This document shows positions 32,781-39,322 of a stretch of DNA of 39,322 nt, one piece after another. Position numbers and translations under genes: made by a program. This DNA comes from a virus, in the IMG/VR virus record IMGVR_UViG_3300022661_000031; one strand, 5' to 3'. The first letter of the stretch is position 1, and each line of letters begins with the position of its first letter. Under the pieces are notes generated by a model. That model searched no databases and had not been told where the DNA came from. It saw nothing but the letters and a program-made list of their open reading frames with translations.

Positions 32781-33187
32781 ACGAGACTTATGACTTCCTG
32801 ATGCAGATCCGCCGCAAGGAGATCATCATCAGACGGAAAGAGATGCAGCGGGACGAGCTGAGGGCCTGCCTGCTGCCGGGCGCCGTCAGGTATGACAAGG
32901 ACCGCGTCCAGAGCTCACCGACCGACAGCATGGCCAACGTCCTGGCCAGAGTTGACGAGCTGGATCACGAGATCGAGCAGCTGAGGCATGAGAAGGCCCA
33001 GCTGATCCTGAAGATCAGCAACGCCATCGAGAAGCTGGAGGACGACACGGAGAAGGTCGTCCTGACTGAGTTCTACATCGCCCGGGCGCCGATGTCTCAG
33101 GTGGCTGAGACCATCCACTACAGCATCCGCCGGGCCTACTACTACCGCAAGAGCGGCGTCGAACATTTAGGGGAGGTGCTGGGATGA
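32771..33187 (+). CDS. Putative late-gene transcriptional activator (sigma region-4-like, DUF1492/ArpU/RinA-like)
   Basis: 138 aa. C-terminal VLTEFYIARAPMSQVAETIHYSIRRAYYYRKSG resembles an HTH. Lies upstream of the packaging genes. Confidence 0.5.
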   Translation: MELNETYDFLMQIRRKEIIIRRKEMQRDELRACLLPGAVRYDKDRVQSSPTDSMANVLARVDELDHEIEQLRHEKAQLILKISNAIEKLEDDTEKVVLTEFYIARAPMSQVAETIHYSIRRAYYYRKSGVEHLGEVLG

Positions 33188-33933
33188 TACGACTCCTGCA
33201 TGGCGACTGTCTGGCAATGCTGAAAGAGGTGGAGCCTGGCAGCGTGGACCTGGTCCTCTGCGATCCTCCCTACTCCTCCGGCGGAACTCATGCCGGCGAC
33301 CGCAAGGCCAGCACGACGGCCAAGTACACCGACAACGACTTCAACGGAGCCGCCAGGCTCCCGGCCTTCTCCGGCGATAACATGGACCAGCGGAGCTTCA
33401 CGGCCTTCATGCGATGGGTGTGCAGCGAGCTGAGGCAAAAGACCAGGGAGGGGGGGATCCTGGAGATGTTCGTGGACTGGAGAAACCTCCCCGCGATGAC
33501 GGACGCCGTGCAGATGGCCGGCTGGGTGTGGAGGGGCGTCGTCGTATGGGACAAAGGCATCAGCAGAAACCAGCCGGGACGCTTCCGGAACGACTGCGAG
33601 TTCGTGGTCTGGTGCTCCAACGGCGACCTGCCTATTGACTGGAAGGCAGCCAAAGGCACCAAGGCCATGCCGGGCGTCTACCACGTCCCCATTGTGGCGC
33701 CGAAGCAGCGCTTCCATCAGACTGAGAAGCCCGTGGAGCTGCTGGAGAGTCTTCTGACCATCTGTCCCCCGGGCGGCACTGTCCTGGACGCCTTCATGGG
33801 ATCCGGCAGCACCGGCGTGGCAGCCGTTAAAACCGGCCGGAGCTTCATCGGGATGGAACTGTCCGACCAATACTTCGAGATCGCTGAGAAACGCATCCAG
33901 GAGGCCGAGGACGAGCTTCTGAACGACTTTTAG
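33184..33933 (+). CDS. DNA methyltransferase (N6-adenine/N4-cytosine class, DPPY motif)
   Basis: VLCDPPYSSGG and DAFMGSGSTGVAAVKTGRSFIGMEL. Confidence 0.9.
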   Translation: MIRLLHGDCLAMLKEVEPGSVDLVLCDPPYSSGGTHAGDRKASTTAKYTDNDFNGAARLPAFSGDNMDQRSFTAFMRWVCSELRQKTREGGILEMFVDWRNLPAMTDAVQMAGWVWRGVVVWDKGISRNQPGRFRNDCEFVVWCSNGDLPIDWKAAKGTKAMPGVYHVPIVAPKQRFHQTEKPVELLESLLTICPPGGTVLDAFMGSGSTGVAAVKTGRSFIGMELSDQYFEIAEKRIQEAEDELLNDF

Positions 33934-33987
33934 AGAGTCGGCGAACATTGCAAACCAGAATGTGTTATACTGGTAGAGTGGAATTGT

Positions 33988-34015
33988 GAGAGCAGGCAGT
34001 GGCCTGCTCTCTTTC
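33988..34015 (+). terminator. Hairpin (weak terminator or RNA element) immediately upstream of terS
   Basis: 10-bp stem gagagcaggc / gcctgctctc with loop agtg, followed by only tttc. Confidence 0.5.
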
Positions 34016-34049
34016 TATACAAAACACCGAATAAGGAGGCGGCGAGGTC

Positions 34050-34739
34050 ATGCCCAAGGCAAGGAACTCGAAGGTAGACGAGGCCCTTGCACTCTACCAG
34101 CAGGGCCTCAAACTAATTGAAATAGCACGGAAGCTGGACATCCCGGAGGGAACTGTCCGACGATGGAAGTGCACATATAAATGGGATAGCGAGCGCTCGC
34201 AACCTGAAAAACCGAACGCTCGCAAACGAGGCGGCCAGCCCGGCAACAGAAACAGGGCCGCACCAAAGGGCAACAAGAGGGCCGAGAAGTTCGGCTTCTA
34301 CTCCAAGTATTTACCGGAGGAGACGCTGGAGATCTTCGGAGAGATCCAGGACGCCGATCCGCTGGATCTGCTCTGGGACCAGATCCGCTTCTCCTACACG
34401 GCCATCCTCCGGGCCCAGAAGATCGCCTACGTCAAGGACGCCGAAGACAAGACCATCGAGAAGATCGAGGACCGCAGCGGCGCCGAGTCCTGGGGCGAGA
34501 AGTGGGAAGTGCAGCAGGCCTGGGACAAGCAGGCCAACTTTATGAAGGCCCAGGCCCGGGCGATGGACACGCTCCGGAGCCTGATCAAGCAGTACGACGA
34601 GATGCTGCACAATGACTGGGAGGCAGCCACCGAGGAACAGAAGGCCCGTGTGCAGCTGCTGAAGTCCCGGATCAATGACGGCGCGGATCAGGTCGGAAAG
34701 GTGGTAATCATCAATGACACAAACGACCCGCATCAGTGA
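34050..34739 (+). CDS. terS: Terminase small subunit
   Basis: 229 aa with an N-terminal HTH (GLKLIEIARKLDIPEGTVRRWK). Upstream of terL. Confidence 0.8.
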   Translation: MPKARNSKVDEALALYQQGLKLIEIARKLDIPEGTVRRWKCTYKWDSERSQPEKPNARKRGGQPGNRNRAAPKGNKRAEKFGFYSKYLPEETLEIFGEIQDADPLDLLWDQIRFSYTAILRAQKIAYVKDAEDKTIEKIEDRSGAESWGEKWEVQQAWDKQANFMKAQARAMDTLRSLIKQYDEMLHNDWEAATEEQKARVQLLKSRINDGADQVGKVVIINDTNDPHQ

Positions 34740-36069
34740 CCTCATCATCCGGAAGTTCTGGCCAGTCTTCAACGATAAGGAACACACCCACAAGATCCTG
34801 ACCTCCGGCCGAGCGGGCACCAAGTCCTCAGAGGCTGCCATCGAGGTCGTGTATAAGATCGTCAGCGAGGCGGACTGCTCTGCCGTGGTCATCCGCAAGC
34901 GGCACAACAAGCTCCGGAAGACGGTCTACAAGGAAATCAAGCGAGCCATCAAGAGGCTGGGCCTCGACGAGCGGCTGTTCAAGATCACCGTGAGCCCCAT
35001 GGAAATCACCTACAAGGCCAACGGGAACACCATCTACTTCACCGGATCCGACAGCATAGACGACACCAAGGGCATCATCGACGAGAACAAGCCCATCAAG
35101 ATCGTCCTGCTGGATGAGGTCAGCGAGTTCTTCACCGACGGCGAGGGCGAGGACGAGCTCCAGAACATCGAGGCGACCTTCATCAGAGGCAACGCCGAGG
35201 GCTTCCAGATGCTCTACCTCTACAACCCGCCCAAAAACCCCAACGCGCCGGTCGTGACCTGGTGCCGGAAGATGGAGAAGCGCCCGGACTGCATCCACGT
35301 CCACGTGGACTACCGGGACGTGCCTCCGGAGTGGCTGGGCGCCAAGCTGATCGAGTCCGCCGAGATCCTCCGGGAGCTCGACGAGCGGCAGTGGCGCTGG
35401 CTCTGGCTGGGGCTCTCCATCGGCGTCGATGAATTGATCTATTATATGTTCGGCGATGCTTCCATCGCCCGACCGTCGCAGGATCGCTACCGGATCATCG
35501 GCGTCGGCGTGGACTATGGCCAGCAGAACGCCACCACCTACCAGGCGGCGGGGCTCAATGAGTCGCTGCACCGGCTGGAAGGCCTGGGCGAATATTATCA
35601 CAGCGGCCGGGAGTCCGGCACGCAGAAAAGCCCGAGCGAATACGCCAAGGACTTCGTCGAGTTCCTGGACGAGCTGCATGAGACCTACTCATGCAGCTAT
35701 TTTTATACCTTCATCGACCCCTCGGCCCGTGGTCTGATGGAGGAGATCAAGCGGGCCACCAGGGGCATCGGCTACAACGTGCTGATCCGCGACGCCGAGA
35801 ACGACGTGGCGCTGGGGATCTCCCGAGTGCAGAAGCTCCTGACCTTCAAGATGATGACCGTGTCGCCAGACCAGGAGAACGCCGTCCGGGAGTTCGGTCT
35901 CTATGAGTACGACAAGAAAAGCATCGAGAGGGGCCGCGAGGAGCCCGTGAAGCAGGACGACCATGGCATGGACGCCATCCGCTACCTGGTCATGGGAATG
36001 TGGTCGAAAATCAAGAACTACCTGCCCGTTAGGGATAAAGAGGAGGAGCCGGAAGGAGTCATAAAATGA
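34714..36069 (+). CDS. terL: Terminase large subunit (PBSX-type)
   Basis: 451 aa. Walker A-like SGRAGTKS, VLLDEVSE, and a C-terminal nuclease region with DDHGMDAIRY. Confidence 0.9.
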   Translation: MTQTTRISDLIIRKFWPVFNDKEHTHKILTSGRAGTKSSEAAIEVVYKIVSEADCSAVVIRKRHNKLRKTVYKEIKRAIKRLGLDERLFKITVSPMEITYKANGNTIYFTGSDSIDDTKGIIDENKPIKIVLLDEVSEFFTDGEGEDELQNIEATFIRGNAEGFQMLYLYNPPKNPNAPVVTWCRKMEKRPDCIHVHVDYRDVPPEWLGAKLIESAEILRELDERQWRWLWLGLSIGVDELIYYMFGDASIARPSQDRYRIIGVGVDYGQQNATTYQAAGLNESLHRLEGLGEYYHSGRESGTQKSPSEYAKDFVEFLDELHETYSCSYFYTFIDPSARGLMEEIKRATRGIGYNVLIRDAENDVALGISRVQKLLTFKMMTVSPDQENAVREFGLYEYDKKSIERGREEPVKQDDHGMDAIRYLVMGMWSKIKNYLPVRDKEEEPEGVIK

Positions 36070-37514
36070 ACATTTTCGAGTATTTCAAAAAGAAGGGCAT
36101 CGACACCATCGACAGCTCCTTCTACAGCAAGATCACCATGTGGGACAGCTGGTACAGGGCGAACGTCAAACGCTTCCACCAGTACCGCGTCTATCATGGC
36201 GCCGGGCAGTATGAGCGCTGCCATCGCAAGAGTCTCGGCATGGCCAAGAAGATCTGCGAGGACATCAGCGACCTGCTGCTCAATGAGAAGGTCCGCATCA
36301 CCATCAAGGACGCACCCACGGCCAAGTATGTCGGCAGCGTCCTGAACGCTGCGAACTTCTCCGTGCAGGGCAACGAGTACCAGGAGCGCAAGGCTGCCTG
36401 CGGCACCGTGGCCTATGTGCCCTATCTGACCAACATGGAGCTGGACGATCAGGGCCGCATCATCAGCGCCGACGTCAAAATCGACTATGTGGTAGCGAAG
36501 AACATCTTCCCGACCGCATGGGAGAACTCCAGGATCACGGAGTGCATCTTCGTGTTCGCCAAGACCTACCGCCGCAAGAAGTACGCCCAGTTCCAGCACC
36601 ACAAGCTGGAGCCCTGGCAGGACGAGAACGGCGAGGATCTGGGCTACCAGTACGTCATCGAGAACAGCGTCGTGGAGTGCAGCTCCGGCGCCGGCCGTGA
36701 GCTGACGCCTGCCGAGTGGAATGAGATCCCGCACTTCGAGGGCTTGGCTGCCAGAGTCGAGACCGGCTCCAACCTGCCCCAGTTTGTCATCGACAAGCTG
36801 AACATCGCGAACAACGTGGACGAGGACGACACCAATCCGATGGGCGTGTCGCTTTTTGCCAACAGCATCGACGTCCTGGCCAAGATCGACCTGGAGTACG
36901 ACAGCTATGCCAACGAGTTCACCCTCGGCCGCAAGCGCGTCTTCGTGGCGCCTGAGATGCTGACCGACGCCAACGGCTCCCAGGTATTTGATCCGGACGA
37001 CAGCGTCTTCTACACGCTGCCGGAGGACTACTTCAAGAACACCAAGGAAGCCATGCACGAGGTCAACATGGAGCTGAGGATCGAGGAGCATGAGACCGCC
37101 ATCAACAACGATCTCAACCTCCTGAGCTTCAAGTGTGGCTTCGGCACTCAGTATTATCGCTTCGAGAAGGGCGCGGTCGCTACGGCCACCCAGGTCATCA
37201 GCGAAAACTCCGATATGTACCGCACGATCCAGAAGCACGAGATCATCCTCCGGGATGCTCTCACCGATCTGATCCGCATCATCATCCGCCTGGGCAAAGC
37301 TGCCAACGTGGGCGAGCTGGTGGAGAACACCGACATCGTGATCGACTTCGACGACTCCATCATCGAAGACAAGCAGACGGAAAGAGCCGAGGACCGCAAG
37401 GACGTCGCCATGGGCGCCATGGGCCTGCCGGAGTACCGCGCGAAGTGGTACGGCGAGACGGAGGAGGTCGCAGCCAGCAAGCTGCCTGACCAGTCCGCCG
37501 GCGTTCTGATGTAA
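36066..37514 (+). CDS. Portal protein (SPP1 gp6-like)
   Basis: 482 aa. ATGA overlap with terL. Canonical position. Confidence 0.85.
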   Translation: MNIFEYFKKKGIDTIDSSFYSKITMWDSWYRANVKRFHQYRVYHGAGQYERCHRKSLGMAKKICEDISDLLLNEKVRITIKDAPTAKYVGSVLNAANFSVQGNEYQERKAACGTVAYVPYLTNMELDDQGRIISADVKIDYVVAKNIFPTAWENSRITECIFVFAKTYRRKKYAQFQHHKLEPWQDENGEDLGYQYVIENSVVECSSGAGRELTPAEWNEIPHFEGLAARVETGSNLPQFVIDKLNIANNVDEDDTNPMGVSLFANSIDVLAKIDLEYDSYANEFTLGRKRVFVAPEMLTDANGSQVFDPDDSVFYTLPEDYFKNTKEAMHEVNMELRIEEHETAINNDLNLLSFKCGFGTQYYRFEKGAVATATQVISENSDMYRTIQKHEIILRDALTDLIRIIIRLGKAANVGELVENTDIVIDFDDSIIEDKQTERAEDRKDVAMGAMGLPEYRAKWYGETEEVAASKLPDQSAGVLM

Positions 37515-38839
37515 TGGATCAGAGCTACCACGACCTACTGGCCGCCGGCGTCGAGAAGCGCTTCCGGGACCTGGAGATGGCGATCATGGACGACATCATC
37601 CGCCGGATCCGGAAGGCCGGCACAATCACCGACTCGGCCGACTGGCAGATCCAGCGCCTCATCATCCTGGGCAACAGCACCCAGGACATCGAGGACCTGA
37701 TCAGGAAGGCCGTGGATGGAAACGAGGAGGAAGTCCGCCGGCTCTACGCTGAGGTCATCGAGCGGGAATACACCCGCGACCGCAGCCTCTACGAGCAGAT
37801 CGGCAAGGAGTTCATCCCCTACGAGTTAAACCCCGAGCTCCAGCAAATCACGGACGCCCTGGTGCAGCAGTCCAGCGAGGAGCTCTACAACATCACCAAG
37901 AGCACCGGCTTCATGCTGGACAACGGCCACGGCGGGAAAGTTTTCACGCCCCTGGCCGATGTCTACAACGGCTACCTGGACGACGCCATCACCGGCATGG
38001 CCAACGGCGCCTACGACTACAACACGCTGGTCCGCCGTATGGTCAGCCAGATGACAGCCTCCGGGCTCCGGACCGACCACGCCTTCAGCGATGGCGGCAG
38101 CGACTACGGCGTGGACTACGCCAGCGGCTGGCACAATCGCGTGGACGTGGCCGCCCGTCGTGCTCTGCTCACTGGCTTCGGCCAGCTCACCGGTCACGTC
38201 ACGGATCTGAACGCCCAGCGGCTGGGGACCGACTACTTCGAGGTCACATGGCACGCCGGAGCTCGTCCGGATCACGCTGCATGGCAGGGCAAGGTCTACA
38301 CCAAGGAGCAGCTGACGACCAAGTGCGGCCTGGGCACCGGTCCGGGCCTGCTGGGCTGGAACTGCCGCCACACCTACTACCCCTTCATCCCCGGAGTGAG
38401 CGAGCGGCTCTACACCGACGAATGGCTGGAGGAGCAGAACGCCAGGGAGAACACTCCGCGCCGCTTCCGTGGCAAGGAGTACACCACCTACGAGGCCACC
38501 CAGAAGCAGAGGCAGATGGAGACGGCCATGAGGGCCCGGCGTGAGCAGGTGCAGCTCCTTCGTGCCGGAGGGGCTGACAAGGAAGACATCACCATCGCCC
38601 AGTGCAAGTACCAGGCCCAGCTGGAGCAGTATCGCAGCTTCTCGAAGGCGATGGGCCTGGAGGAGCAGACGGAGCGCATCTACACGGGACGCACTCCGGG
38701 CAGGATCTCACCGAGCCCGCAGGTCTACGCGCAGTGGCAAGCCGAGCAGGCAGCCAAAGCGGCCAACCGTGCGAAGGAACGCGCCGAGAAGCAGCGCAGA
38801 GCGGCCCAGGACGCCGCTCAGAAGGGAGCAAGCACATGA
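37514..38839 (+). CDS. Head morphogenesis protein (SPP1 gp7 / Mu F-like)
   Basis: 441 aa containing VTWHAGARPDHAAWQGKVY...GWNCRH. Confidence 0.8.
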   Translation: MDQSYHDLLAAGVEKRFRDLEMAIMDDIIRRIRKAGTITDSADWQIQRLIILGNSTQDIEDLIRKAVDGNEEEVRRLYAEVIEREYTRDRSLYEQIGKEFIPYELNPELQQITDALVQQSSEELYNITKSTGFMLDNGHGGKVFTPLADVYNGYLDDAITGMANGAYDYNTLVRRMVSQMTASGLRTDHAFSDGGSDYGVDYASGWHNRVDVAARRALLTGFGQLTGHVTDLNAQRLGTDYFEVTWHAGARPDHAAWQGKVYTKEQLTTKCGLGTGPGLLGWNCRHTYYPFIPGVSERLYTDEWLEEQNARENTPRRFRGKEYTTYEATQKQRQMETAMRARREQVQLLRAGGADKEDITIAQCKYQAQLEQYRSFSKAMGLEEQTERIYTGRTPGRISPSPQVYAQWQAEQAAKAANRAKERAEKQRRAAQDAAQKGAST

Positions 38840-39129
38840 TCAACATCCACGTCGATGAGAACAGCATAACCGTCACAGGGCACGCTGAGCGGCCTGCTGG
38901 CGTGCCTCCCGGCAATAACATCATCTGCGCGGCCGTGTCTTCGGTCACGCTGACACTGATCGAGGGGCTGCGGCAGATCGCCGGCCTCCAGATCGAGGCC
39001 ACCACCGAGCCCGGCGACGTCCGGATCAGCTGGTCCAGGATGAACGACATCGGCAAGGCCTTGATCGACACCTGGCTGCTGGGGATCTACGGGATCCAGG
39101 GCAGCTATGGAAATATTACAATAGTTTAA
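38836..39129 (+). CDS. prp: Prp-type cysteine protease (ribosomal-processing protease family, DUF464)
   Basis: ATG at 38836 with an ATGA overlap. 97 aa. His/Cys dyad context TGHAE...GNNIICAAVSS matches the Prp GHA...[IV]CAA[VG]S pattern. Confidence 0.8.
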   Translation: MINIHVDENSITVTGHAERPAGVPPGNNIICAAVSSVTLTLIEGLRQIAGLQIEATTEPGDVRISWSRMNDIGKALIDTWLLGIYGIQGSYGNITIV

Positions 39130-39148
39130 GCGCCGCGAGGCGCTTTTA
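39128..39148 (+). terminator. Rho-independent terminator after prp
   Basis: Stem aagcgcc / ggcgctt with loop gcga, followed by tttatt. Confidence 0.6.
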
Positions 39149-39219
39149 TTATGGGCAGACGCCGCTCCCTAAATGCGGCGGGAATGTTCACGACACATCA
39201 CAAAAACGGAGGAATAACA

Positions 39220-39322
39220 ATGCACAAGTTTTTCAACCTTCAGCTCCTGGACGACGGCGGCCAGGGCGGCGCTGGCAATGGCCAGGGCGGCAACGCCGGA
39301 TCTGGCAACGGCGGCCAGGCAG
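39220..39322 (+). CDS. Scaffolding protein, 5' part (continues at nt 2 after circular closure)
   Basis: ATG at 39220 preceded by the RBS ggagga. N-terminus is MHKFFNLQLLDDGG, and the frame is continuous with 2..625. Confidence 0.8.
   Translation, partial: MHKFFNLQLLDDGGQGGAGNGQGGNAGSGNGGQA
39222..39322. repeat. Terminal overlap, identical to 1..101
   Basis: Same 101-nt string as the window start. Confidence 0.97.

Larger units (their letters stand above)
1..39221. mobile_element. Complete temperate siphovirus-type phage genome (circular or circularly permuted assembly, unit length 39,221 bp)
   Basis: Full set of head, tail, lysis, lysogeny, replication and packaging modules. nt 1-101 repeat exactly at 39222-39322, and one ORF is continuous across the junction. 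Confidence 0.9.

Noticed and set aside
39149-39219. Small hairpin cgccgc-N9-gcggcg upstream of the scaffold gene as a regulatory element
   Set aside because: It has a 6-bp stem with a 9-nt loop, no U-run and no conserved partner. The evidence is insufficient.

Overview
This window is a complete, GC-rich temperate siphovirus-type phage genome. The first 101 nt are identical to the last 101 nt, so the contig closes on itself with a unit length of 39,221 bp, and the scaffolding-protein ORF runs across the junction. All convincing genes are on the + strand except a large serine integrase and a CI-like repressor. Gene order: scaffold, major capsid, four head-tail joining genes, tail tube, tail chaperones, tape measure, Dit, Tal, fibre genes; a DGR cassette; lysis genes; integrase and repressor (minus strand); a compact genetic switch; small early genes; a replication module (DUF2800-type nuclease, DUF2815-type SSB, family-A polymerase, primase/VirE helicase, VRR-NUC, HNH, SNF2 helicase); a late regulator and a DNA methyltransferase; then terS, terL, portal, an SPP1 gp7-like protein and a Prp-type protease. 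The most interesting signal is a diversity-generating retroelement with one template repeat (12265-12358) and two variable regions. VR1 lies at the 3' end of a tail-fibre gene. VR2 lies about 13.7 kb away, at the 3' end of a stand-alone 185-aa gene between the DNA polymerase and primase genes. Every TR/VR mismatch falls on a TR adenine, and both VRs are followed by the same 3' flank and a GC hairpin. Other notable points: a phage-encoded Prp protease with an L27-like cleavage motif on scaffold, capsid and tail-tube proteins; an SNF2 helicase whose Walker A motif is split by 4 extra nt containing TAG; an iteron-rich putative origin; a 35-bp near-palindromic promoter/operator switch; a candidate -1 frameshift in the tail chaperone genes; and a G10 tract at the 5' end of a sigma-like gene. 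All family calls come from motif recognition by eye and from synteny. No database search was run.
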